DNA of 15,390 nucleotides from a virus. Taxonomy: Duplodnaviria > Heunggongvirae > Uroviricota > Caudoviricetes. Positions 7,963-15,390 of the stretch are shown here, in pieces (the first letter of the stretch is position 1; the number at the start of each line of letters is the position of its first letter). The translations under genes and the position numbers were made by a program. The notes beneath the pieces were generated by a model, which was not told where the DNA came from, searched no databases, and was given only the letters and a program-made list of their open reading frames with translations. Where the stretch lies: positions 98,586-113,975 of IMG/VR virus record IMGVR_UViG_3300032286_000363, one strand, 5' to 3'.

Positions 7963-8210
7963 GAGACAAAATAGTAGATGATGTAATAGATAAATACTAT
8001 GAGAGAAGTCAAATAGGTATTACTAAGTATGGTACCACCTTGTTTACAAATAACAAGGACAACTATCTTAAGCACTTACAAGAAGAACTTATGGATGCTA
8101 CGTTGTACATTGAGAAACTTATGTATCTGAAGGAAGAGTTAACTTGTTTGGTTAACCTTCATGGTAATGATGCAGATCTTGGTGCAGCTGTAAGAAACTT
8201 TGTTAAGTAA
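7959..8210 (+). CDS. Small helical protein, possible all-alpha (MazG-like) NTP pyrophosphohydrolase fold
   Basis: GITKYG motif followed by HLQEELMDATLY (EExxD acidic helix). Fold call is tentative. Confidence 0.45.
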   Translation: MRDKIVDDVIDKYYERSQIGITKYGTTLFTNNKDNYLKHLQEELMDATLYIEKLMYLKEELTCLVNLHGNDADLGAAVRNFVK

Positions 8211-8223
8211 TATTTTTAATTTA

Positions 8224-8256
8224 TTTGGTTTGTAAGGGCTGTAAGTTGTATATTTA
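8224..8256 (+). promoter_or_regulatory. Bacteroidota-type promoter for the RNR gene
   Basis: TTTG 8224-8227, 21-nt spacer, TATATTTA 8249-8256. Confidence 0.6.
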
Positions 8257-8271
8257 CAGCCCTTTATTTTT
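8234..8271 (+). terminator. 11-bp hairpin terminator upstream of RNR
   Basis: AAGGGCTGTAA 8234-8244/TTACAGCCCTT 8254-8264, 9-nt loop, followed by TATTTTTT. Confidence 0.7.
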
Positions 8272-8290
8272 TAACTAAAACAAAAACATT

Positions 8291-11080
8291 ATGGATTTAG
8301 GATTACAAGCTCTATCTGACATAACTGTGTACAGCAAGTATGCAAAGTTTATTCCAGAGAAGAAGAGAAGAGAAACTTGGGATGAAATAGTTGATCGTTA
8401 TCAGAATATGATGATCAAGAAATACCCCACCCTTGAGGAAGCAATTATTAAAAGTGCTGAACTCATTAGACAGAAGAAGGTCCTTCCTTCTATGAGAGCA
8501 TTACAGTTTGCTGGTCCTGCTGCAGAAGTGAACAATGCAAGAATATACAATTGCTGTTTTCTTCCTATAGATAGCTTACATAGCTTTAGTGAGACCATGT
8601 TCTTGCTATTAGGAGGAACAGGTGTTGGATATTCTGTACAGAAACATCATGTTGCACAACTTCCAGCTATTACAAAACCTGGTAAGAAAAAGACCTATCT
8701 AATTGAGGATTCTATTATGGGCTGGGCTGATGCTGTAAAGGTGTTGTTCAAAGCTTATATGGAAGGTAAGTTTATGCCTTCATTTGATTTCAGAGCTATT
8801 AGACAGAAAGGTGCTAGATTGATTACAGCAGGTGGTAAAGCTCCTGGTCCTGAACCATTAAAACTTTGTCTCACACATGTACAAGCTATTTTAGACAGAA
8901 AACAGGAAGGAGAACACCTATCTCCTATAGAAGCACATGATATATTGTGTCATATTGCTAACAGTGTGTTAGCAGGTGGTATTAGAAGAAGTGCTATGAT
9001 TGCATTGTTTAGCCTTGATGATGAAGAAATGATTACATGTAAGTATGGTAATTGGTGGGAAATAAATGAACAACGTGGTAGAGCTAATAACTCTGCTGTT
9101 CTTGAGAGAGGAAATGTTACAGAAACAGAATTCTTTTCTCTTTGGAAGAGAATAGAAGCTTCTGGATCTGGAGAACCTGGTATCTACTGGACTAACAATA
9201 AAGATTGGGGAACTAACCCTTGTTGTTTTATTGGAAGTACATTAGTAGCAACTGCTGATGGGCGTAATGCTGTAACAATTAAACAATTGTGTGATGAAGG
9301 ATACCAGGGACCTGTATATTCTATGCAAGCTCAAACTGGACAAGTGGTAACTTCTTACTGTTCAAAAGTTTGGAAAAGTAGAGAAAATGCAGAACTTGTT
9401 AAAGTTATTCTTGATGATGGTAGCAGTTTTACATGTACTCCTGATCACAGAATAATGCTCAGAAATGGACAATATGTTCAAGCTCAACAACTTGTAGAAG
9501 GAACATCATTGATGCCTTTCAATTCTTACAAAAGAAGTGATAGGAATTATAGAATGATTCAATCTAACACAGGTAGAGACATTGCTCAATATGCCCATGT
9601 TGCTCAGTATTATGACATCATTAAGGAAGGATATGACTCTCAGCACATCCATCATAAAGATGGAAATGGATTAAATGACCTACCTGAGAATTTAGAAGCT
9701 ATAGACGCATTAGAACACAATAGACAACATATGTTAGGAGCAAATAATGCTTTTCATAAAATGTCTTATGAAACACGTGGGCAATGGTCAGAAAAACAAT
9801 CATCTCGTCAAAAAGGAGAACACAATACTAACAGTAATGGTTTAACTACAGAAGAGATGATAATGCGTTGTTTTGAAAGAACAGTTCAAAAAAGAGCTAA
9901 ATTATCTTACCAAGAAGTGTTAGACAGCTGTGGTGTAAAATTTCTTTCTAAAGGAAGACTTAAAGAAATGAAAGCTGAAACCGTTGGAGAATTTGCTGAA
10001 AATCTAGCAGAGTTAGCAAATCATAAAGTGGTTTCTGTAGAATTTCTAAAAAGAAGAGAAGATGTTTATGATATGACTGTAGAAGGCACTCATAATTTTG
10101 CAATTATCACTTCCTCTAAAGATGATAATTTTATTACTTCTTCAGGAGTGTTTGTACATAATTGTGAAATAGGACTTAGACCATTCCAATTCTGTAACTT
10201 ATGCGAGATAAATGTAGATGATGTTGTGAATCAACTAGATCTTAATGATCGTGTAGCTGTATCAGCATTCTTTGGTACATTACAAGCAGGATTTACAGAC
10301 TTCCATTACTTACGTCCTATATGGAAACAAACTACAGACAAGGATGCTTTATTAGGAATAGGAATGACAGGTATTGGTTCAGGAAAGATTCTTGATGCAG
10401 ATCTTGAAATAGCAGCTAACACAGCTAAGGTGGTGAATTCTACAATATCAGCTATAATAGGAACTAATGAAGCAGCTCGTATAACATGTATTAAACCTTC
10501 TGGTACAACATCTTGTGTATTAGGAACTGCTAGTGGTATTCATGCTTGGCATGCTCCATATTATTTAAGAACTGTACGTTTTAACAAGAATGAAGACATA
10601 GCAATGTTTATGGAAGTGAATCATCCTGAACTATGTGAAGATGATGTACTTAGACCAAAAGATACATTGTGTGTAAGAATTCCTATTAAAGCACCTGAAG
10701 GTTCTATATTCAGAACAGAAACAGCTATTGATACATTAGAACGTGTTAAGAAGTTTGCTACAGAATGGGTCACACCAGGACATATTAATGGTGATAATAC
10801 ACATAATGTAAGTGCTACAATTTCTATTAAAGCTGATGAATGGGAATCTGTAGGAGAATGGATGTGGAATTTTAGAGAATCATACAATGGTCTTTCTGTA
10901 CTACCATATTTTGGAGGCTCATACAAACAAGCTCCTTTTGAGGACATTATAGAAGAAGAATATAATTCTAGAATAGGTCATTTAAAATCCTTAGATTTGA
11001 CAAAAGTTATGGAGATAGATGATAATGTAGAATTTGGTCAGATAGCAAGTTGTGCAGGTGGTGCATGTGCTGTAGAATAA
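8291..11080 (+). CDS. nrdJ: Class II (adenosylcobalamin-dependent) ribonucleotide reductase, monomeric RTPR-like, intein-containing precursor (929 aa; 616 aa after splicing)
   Basis: LPSMRAL, YNCCF, LLLGGTGVG, GGIRRSA, GEPG, reconstituted TNPCCEI active-site loop, FCNLCEIN, KPSGT, C-terminal SCAGGAC redox pair. No ATP-cone is evident at the N-terminus. Confidence 0.9.
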   Translation: MDLGLQALSDITVYSKYAKFIPEKKRRETWDEIVDRYQNMMIKKYPTLEEAIIKSAELIRQKKVLPSMRALQFAGPAAEVNNARIYNCCFLPIDSLHSFSETMFLLLGGTGVGYSVQKHHVAQLPAITKPGKKKTYLIEDSIMGWADAVKVLFKAYMEGKFMPSFDFRAIRQKGARLITAGGKAPGPEPLKLCLTHVQAILDRKQEGEHLSPIEAHDILCHIANSVLAGGIRRSAMIALFSLDDEEMITCKYGNWWEINEQRGRANNSAVLERGNVTETEFFSLWKRIEASGSGEPGIYWTNNKDWGTNPCCFIGSTLVATADGRNAVTIKQLCDEGYQGPVYSMQAQTGQVVTSYCSKVWKSRENAELVKVILDDGSSFTCTPDHRIMLRNGQYVQAQQLVEGTSLMPFNSYKRSDRNYRMIQSNTGRDIAQYAHVAQYYDIIKEGYDSQHIHHKDGNGLNDLPENLEAIDALEHNRQHMLGANNAFHKMSYETRGQWSEKQSSRQKGEHNTNSNGLTTEEMIMRCFERTVQKRAKLSYQEVLDSCGVKFLSKGRLKEMKAETVGEFAENLAELANHKVVSVEFLKRREDVYDMTVEGTHNFAIITSSKDDNFITSSGVFVHNCEIGLRPFQFCNLCEINVDDVVNQLDLNDRVAVSAFFGTLQAGFTDFHYLRPIWKQTTDKDALLGIGMTGIGSGKILDADLEIAANTAKVVNSTISAIIGTNEAARITCIKPSGTTSCVLGTASGIHAWHAPYYLRTVRFNKNEDIAMFMEVNHPELCEDDVLRPKDTLCVRIPIKAPEGSIFRTETAIDTLERVKKFATEWVTPGHINGDNTHNVSATISIKADEWESVGEWMWNFRESYNGLSVLPYFGGSYKQAPFEDIIEEEYNSRIGHLKSLDLTKVMEIDDNVEFGQIASCAGGACAVE
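9224..10162 (+). mobile_element. Intein (313 aa, precursor residues 312-624) with HNH endonuclease domain
   Basis: Block A CFIGSTLV, block B TCTPDH, block F EDVYDMTVEGTHNF, block G VFVHN followed by Cys+1; central HIHHKDGNGLNDLPENL HNH motif. Confidence 0.93.
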
Positions 11081-11117
11081 TATTGTTTTTGTTTCGTTTT
11101 TGATGATTGATGAATAC

Positions 11118-11155
11118 AGCCCCAATGTTTCTACATTTTGGGGCTCTTTTTTTTT
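11118..11155 (+). terminator. Intrinsic terminator after RNR
   Basis: AGCCCC 11118-11123/GGGGCT 11140-11145 outer stem, inner AATGT/ACATT stem, T9 tract 11147-11155. Confidence 0.8.
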
Positions 11156-11184
11156 GTCAAAACGAGAATAATTAATTAACTTTA
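11153..11184 (+). promoter_or_regulatory. Bacteroidota-type promoter for recA
   Basis: TTTG 11153-11156, 20-nt spacer, TAACTTTA 11177-11184. Confidence 0.6.
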
Positions 11185-11204
11185 CAGACTAAAAATCAAT
11201 CAAT

Positions 11205-12230
11205 ATGGCGAAAGCAAAAGAAGCTCCAGAGAGCAAAGGTAAATTTCAAGATGCACTTGATAAGCTAAATAAAGCTTATGGTGTAGGTACTGTTCTTACA
11301 TTAGATAGTAAGACAACTGGTGATTATGATCTTATCAGCACAGGAAGTGTTGGGTTTGATCATATTACATTGGGAACAGGTGGATTTGTAAAAGGTAAGA
11401 TGTATGAACTTATGGGATGGGAAGGTTCAGGTAAATCAACAATTTGTGGTCATGCTGTAGCAGAATGCCAAAAGAAAGGTGGTGTTGTTCTGTATATAGA
11501 TGGTGAACATGCTGTTGATAAGAATTATTTTGAAGCTCTTGGTGTTGATACCACCAAGATGTTAATTGCTCAACCATCATGTGGTGAGGAAGGTTTTAAC
11601 ATTGCTATGGAAATGATTGAAACAGGAACCATTGATCTTATTATCATAGATTCAGATTCTTCTTTAATTCCTAAGAAAGTGTTAGATGGTGAGGTGGGTG
11701 ATTCTTCTATTGGTAAGAAAGCCCTGCTTAATTCAAATGCCTATCCAAAGCTTAAAGGTGCTTTGTCACAACACAATGTTTGTGTTATTGTTATTTCTCA
11801 GTATAGAGAAAAGATAGGTGTTATGTTTGGTAATCCCACCACAACACAGGGAGGACATGCTCTTAAGTTTTATTCAGATGTTCGTATAGAAGTTTCCAAG
11901 AGTCTTGCTAAAGAAGGAGATCAAACTTATGGTAATATCACCAAGGTGAAAGCAATTAAGAACAAGATGAGTCCTCCATATAGACTATCTAGTTTTGAAA
12001 TCATCTATGGTCAGGGTATTGATAAGATTGGAGAACTAATGGAATTGATTAACGAGTTTGAGATAGGTAGAAAGTATGGTAAGACAATGACCATTAATGA
12101 AGTTAAATACGATCTTGAAGATTTCAAAAGAATGTTAATGGACAATGAAGAGTTCTATAATGACATTGTAAAACAAATTTTAAACAAAATTAATAACGTA
12201 AAAATTGAAGAAAATGCAAGTGAAATTTAA
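11205..12230 (+). CDS. recA: RecA-family recombinase
   Basis: Walker A GWEGSGKST, IDGEHA, Walker B IIIDS, QYREKIGVMFGNP, GGHALKFY, KAIKNK. Confidence 0.95.
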   Translation: MAKAKEAPESKGKFQDALDKLNKAYGVGTVLTLDSKTTGDYDLISTGSVGFDHITLGTGGFVKGKMYELMGWEGSGKSTICGHAVAECQKKGGVVLYIDGEHAVDKNYFEALGVDTTKMLIAQPSCGEEGFNIAMEMIETGTIDLIIIDSDSSLIPKKVLDGEVGDSSIGKKALLNSNAYPKLKGALSQHNVCVIVISQYREKIGVMFGNPTTTQGGHALKFYSDVRIEVSKSLAKEGDQTYGNITKVKAIKNKMSPPYRLSSFEIIYGQGIDKIGELMELINEFEIGRKYGKTMTINEVKYDLEDFKRMLMDNEEFYNDIVKQILNKINNVKIEENASEI

Positions 12231-12738
12231 AAAAATGCATGCTGATGCTCAACTTCCTGTAAAGGGGAGTGAGCATGCTGCATGTTTTGATGTTTATGCT
12301 ACAAGTGTAACAGCAGAATATGGTGGAATAGTTACCTATGGATTAGGGTTTGCAACAGAAATACCAGTGGGCTATATGGGAATATTAGTTCCTAGAAGCA
12401 ACATCACTAAACACAAATGGGTGATGAACAATTCTACAGGTATAATTGATTCTGATTATAGAGGAGAATGGATGATGAAACTCAATTCTATAGGAGGAGT
12501 TTATGAAGCACTTCCTTATGCTGTAGGAGATAGAGTGGGACAAATCTATTTTATGCCAATCCTTCCTACCACCTTTGTGGAAGTCACATCATTAGATGAT
12601 TCTATAAGAGGAGAAGGTGGATTTGGTTCTACAGGAATAGGAGATTTGAACACTTCTTCAAATAACACCTTTTATATCGATCCTAAATTCATAACTACAA
12701 CAAACATTGCAGATGGGAAAATTAATATTACAGCTTGA
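12214..12738 (+). CDS. dut: Trimeric dUTPase
   Basis: Motifs ACFDV, PRS, GIIDSDYRGE, RVGQI, RGEGGFGSTG. ATG 12214 is preferred to TTG 12205. Confidence 0.95.
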   Translation: MQVKFKKMHADAQLPVKGSEHAACFDVYATSVTAEYGGIVTYGLGFATEIPVGYMGILVPRSNITKHKWVMNNSTGIIDSDYRGEWMMKLNSIGGVYEALPYAVGDRVGQIYFMPILPTTFVEVTSLDDSIRGEGGFGSTGIGDLNTSSNNTFYIDPKFITTTNIADGKINITA

Positions 12739-12940
12739 TGAAGACGATCTTAACATCTTCAAGAAGCAATACATTAATTTGGTTGATCTTCATGATGAAA
12801 TCGAAAAACTCTTTGATGAGGGAGCTAAGATTGATAAACGAAAGAAGAAGGTCTATCAAGAATGGAAAGAGAAAATCAATTTTTTAATTGAAATGTATAA
12901 TACAAGGGCAACATTTAAAACCTATAATAAAGTAAAATGA
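12713..12940 (+). CDS. Hypothetical protein (75 aa)
   Basis: ATG 12713 overlaps the dut end; ATGA overlap with the next gene. Confidence 0.65.
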   Translation: MGKLILQLDEDDLNIFKKQYINLVDLHDEIEKLFDEGAKIDKRKKKVYQEWKEKINFLIEMYNTRATFKTYNKVK

Positions 12941-13620
12941 GAATATTGCACATTAGTGATAGTCATGGTTACCATGAGATGTTTCCTATGGAGAGATTTA
13001 AAGATGTAGATGTTGTTGTACACTCTGGTGATTGTTCCAATTATAAAGACCATATTAGGAATGAACAAGAAGTTAGAGCTTTCATAGGTTGGTATAAAGA
13101 TGTTCCTGTTAAACATAAAATTTATGTAGCAGGTAATCATGATACATCTATAGAACGTAACAGAGTGACACCAGCAGATTTTCATTCTGAAGGAATCACC
13201 TATCTTGAGAATGCAGCTACCACCATAGATGGTGTTAAGTTTTGGGGAAGTCCTTACACTCCTACATTTGGTCAATGGGCTTTTATGAAAAGTAGAGAAA
13301 CTATTGGTAGAGCGTGGAAACATATTCCTATAGATGTAGATGTTCTTATAACCCATGGTCCTCCTAAAGGTGTAAGAGATCTTTCACACGATAGAGATGG
13401 AATGCTTGAATTCTGTGGAGACAGTGCTCTTATGAAAGCTGTATGGGGATTAAAACCTAAAGTGATGTTGTTTGGACACATACATGATTCTCCAGGATGT
13501 GATAACCAAGGAATCTCTCATTATTCAAAAACACCAACAATCTTTTCTAACGCTTCATGTGTACATGATGGAAGATTTGATCTAGGACTTACATCATTTG
13601 GAAATATAATTGAAATATGA
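12937..13620 (+). CDS. Calcineurin-like metallophosphoesterase
   Basis: HISDSHG, HSGDCSN, AGNHD, THGPP, FGHIH metal-binding motifs. Confidence 0.9.
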   Translation: MRILHISDSHGYHEMFPMERFKDVDVVVHSGDCSNYKDHIRNEQEVRAFIGWYKDVPVKHKIYVAGNHDTSIERNRVTPADFHSEGITYLENAATTIDGVKFWGSPYTPTFGQWAFMKSRETIGRAWKHIPIDVDVLITHGPPKGVRDLSHDRDGMLEFCGDSALMKAVWGLKPKVMLFGHIHDSPGCDNQGISHYSKTPTIFSNASCVHDGRFDLGLTSFGNIIEI

Positions 13621-14009
13621 AATGTAAAACATGTGGAAAGAACGCTGAAAGTGAATACTGCTTTCAGCACAAACCAAGAAAGGCCCTTAAAAATGTAAAA
13701 TTTTCAGCTATTAAACGGAAAACTTCCGATGATTCAGCACAAATTTTACAAATGCAAGAGTTCTTCCTTGATATATGGAGAAAGAGAAAAGAACACAATT
13801 GTGAAAACTGTAAGAAGTGGCTTGGTAGTGAGCCACTTTCTTATATGTTTGATCATCTTCTTGAGAAAAGTAAATACCCTGATCTCAAACTTAAAGAAGA
13901 AAATATAATGTTAGTGTGTTTAGAATGTCACGATCTTAAAACAAGAGGTTTTGTAACTGATTTTGTTAGAGATAAAATAGAAGAAGTTAGGAACAAGTTT
14001 GATAAATAG
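13617..14009 (+). CDS. Zn-finger/HNH-fold nuclease-like protein (NinG-like)
   Basis: N-terminal CKTC..YCFQH; CENC...FDHLLEK...ENIMLVCLECHDLKT. Confidence 0.65.
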   Translation: MKCKTCGKNAESEYCFQHKPRKALKNVKFSAIKRKTSDDSAQILQMQEFFLDIWRKRKEHNCENCKKWLGSEPLSYMFDHLLEKSKYPDLKLKEENIMLVCLECHDLKTRGFVTDFVRDKIEEVRNKFDK

Positions 14010-14010
14010 T

Positions 14011-14018
14011 TATCTTTG
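14011..14018 (+). promoter_or_regulatory. -7 promoter box upstream of phoH
   Basis: TATCTTTG is an exact TAnnTTTG; TTAG (13987-13990) 20 nt upstream is an imperfect -33. Confidence 0.5.
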
Positions 14019-14031
14019 TTAAAACTTAAAT

Positions 14032-14682
14032 ATGAAAGAAGCTAACAGAGAACGTAAACAAGATATTAAGTATAAAATTACATTAAACGAAGAACAGAAA
14101 GAAGCTAAAAGACTCATCCTTGAGAATCAGATTGTTATCATCACTGGTAGAGCTGGTTGTGGTAAAAGTCTTGTTAGTGCTCAGGTTGCTTTAGATTTCC
14201 TTTTTAAAAAACAATGTGATCAAATCCTAATTACAAGAGCTGCTATTGAGGTGGGTAAAAGTCTTGGATTTCTTCCAGGAGGTCTTGATGAAAAGTTTGA
14301 TCCTTATTTAGAAGCATTTCAAGAAAACCTTATGAAGTGTTATGATAAAGTGAAGGTTGAAGAAATGGTCACTGCTAAAAAGATTAACGCAATGCCTGTA
14401 CAGTTTATAAGAGGAAAAACAATTGATGACATATTGATTGTAGAAGAAGCTCAAAACTTAAGCAAAGCAGAGATGTTAGCAATTGTTACAAGACTAGGAA
14501 AGAATGGTAAGATTATAATTAATGGGGACAATGAACAAAAGGATATTAGAGATGAGTTCAATGGCCTAAGTTTCATCACATCTCTTGTTAAAAAGATTCC
14601 AGAGATTAAATATATAAATCTCAAACACAACCACAGGTCTGATCTTGTGGGTAAAATATTAGAATTAGAATATGGAAAGTAA
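14032..14682 (+). CDS. phoH: PhoH-family ATPase
   Basis: Walker A GRAGCGKS, LGFLPG..EKFDPY, FIRGKT, IVEEAQN, GDNEQKD, HRSDLV. Confidence 0.93.
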   Translation: MKEANRERKQDIKYKITLNEEQKEAKRLILENQIVIITGRAGCGKSLVSAQVALDFLFKKQCDQILITRAAIEVGKSLGFLPGGLDEKFDPYLEAFQENLMKCYDKVKVEEMVTAKKINAMPVQFIRGKTIDDILIVEEAQNLSKAEMLAIVTRLGKNGKIIINGDNEQKDIRDEFNGLSFITSLVKKIPEIKYINLKHNHRSDLVGKILELEYGK

Positions 14683-14797
14683 AAAGAAGAAAACAAAAAG
14701 TAAACTTAGCAAGGTGGTAAAGAAAGTCACAAAATCCATTAAGAAAGGATTTGAAAATATAGGACAACCTATTGCTAAAAGTAATGGAATTATTTAA
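14672..14797 (+). CDS. Small lysine-rich protein (41 aa), below the ORF-track cutoff
   Basis: MESKKKKTKSKLSKVVKKVTKSIKKGFENIGQPIAKSNGII*. ATG overlaps the phoH end and the ORF fills the gap to the next gene. Confidence 0.55.
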   Translation: MESKKKKTKSKLSKVVKKVTKSIKKGFENIGQPIAKSNGII

Positions 14798-14813
14798 ACC
14801 AAAAACCAATAAA

Positions 14814-15113
14814 ATGAATCAATTTTTCTACACTCGTAAAGAGCTTGTATCTGGAACACCAGAAAATCCTGAATTTAAAGAATTCAGAGACAGTTTTAAC
14901 ATCAACAAGGTGGTGAGAACAATCACTATGAATGATGAACGTACATTAGTTTTATTAGATGATCTACATGAGAGAGCTCAAGAAGTTCCTGATATAGATC
15001 CTAAAACAAATAAGATGAGAGCTATGAAGCGTGTTAAGGACACTTTCCAATCTGAAATCTATCTTGATCCTTCAGATGCTGTTAGATTCCAAAAGGTCAC
15101 ATCTCTAGACTAA
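14814..15113 (+). CDS. Hypothetical phage protein (99 aa)
   Basis: ATG 14814 follows an A-rich leader and is preferred to TTG 14772; ends just before the terminator. Confidence 0.75.
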   Translation: MNQFFYTRKELVSGTPENPEFKEFRDSFNINKVVRTITMNDERTLVLLDDLHERAQEVPDIDPKTNKMRAMKRVKDTFQSEIYLDPSDAVRFQKVTSLD

Positions 15114-15120
15114 TAGAAAT

Positions 15121-15150
15121 AAAAAAGCCCTCTTAAATTGAGGGCTTTTT
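15121..15150. terminator. Bidirectional intrinsic terminator between convergent genes
   Basis: AAAAAGCCCTC 15122-15132/GAGGGCTTTTT 15140-15150, with T tracts on both strands. Confidence 0.9.
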
Positions 15151-15168
15151 AATTCTTTGTAAGAAGAA

Positions 15169-15390
15169 TTAAGCAGTAGCTTCAAGATCAGCTTTAATAG
15201 CTGCAATCTTTTCAACAATAGCTTGTCTTGCTTCAGCTGTACCACCTTCAACAACCATTGCTTCTAAAGCAACGATTGATTCAGTTAATCCAGTAATTGC
15301 TGCATCTTTTGCAGAAATTAAGATAGCAATTTGTTCTTGCTCAGCATCAAGAGCAGCTTGTAATTCATCTACTTTCATAGAGATTTCTTC
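15169..15390 (-). CDS. Ala/Glu-rich coiled-coil hypothetical protein, possibly 5'-partial
   Basis: Frame stays open past the track's ATG (15378) to the window edge (EEIS-MKVDE...); converges on the bidirectional terminator. Confidence 0.7.
   Translation of the reverse strand, partial: EEISMKVDELQAALDAEQEQIAILISAKDAAITGLTESIVALEAMVVEGGTAEARQAIVEKIAAIKADLEATA

Noticed and set aside
11081-11117. T-rich stretch after RNR that resembles an A-rich gene leader on the minus strand
   Set aside because: No plausible minus-strand start codon or ORF follows it.
864-14809. Minus-strand and alternate-frame ORFs in the track (e.g. 864-1145, 2949-3149, 6175-6714, 10621-10947, 12922-13356)
   Set aside because: They lie wholly within well-supported plus-strand genes, show the I/F/L/S-rich composition of antisense shadows, and have no motifs.
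1-15390. Stop-codon reassignment as in some crAss-like phages
   Set aside because: All conserved genes are intact under code 11. Reading through the TAG at 5511-5513 gives only a short tail with no recognisable motif.
1-15390. tRNA, rRNA, CRISPR array or IS transposase
   Set aside because: Intergenic gaps are short and are accounted for by promoters, terminators and the intron; no cloverleaf, spaced repeats or DDE motifs were seen.

Overview
AT-rich, gene-dense, almost entirely plus-strand segment of a large tailed dsDNA phage, most likely infecting Bacteroidota. The host inference rests on TTTG-N20/21-TAnnTTT(A/G) promoters and A-rich leaders with no Shine-Dalgarno. Gene content is a replication, recombination and nucleotide-metabolism module: rIIA, rIIB, HNH nuclease, PD-(D/E)XK exonuclease, class II (B12) ribonucleotide reductase, RecA, dUTPase, metallophosphoesterase, a second HNH protein and PhoH. 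It ends at a bidirectional terminator facing a minus-strand ORF. Three different selfish elements are readable from sequence alone. (1) The 3' half of a group IA2-like intron, carrying a double-motif LAGLIDADG endonuclease, interrupts rIIA inside its GHKL ATP-binding GxxGxG motif; the ORF track's ATG at 843 is really the intron's terminal AU-omegaG. (2) A free-standing GIY-YIG/NUMOD3 endonuclease has its own promoter and is followed by a relic of a second NUMOD1 tail. (3) A 313-aa HNH-containing intein in the RNR sits one residue after the catalytic cysteine (NPC|CE) rather than before it. All family calls come from motif recognition; no database search was run.
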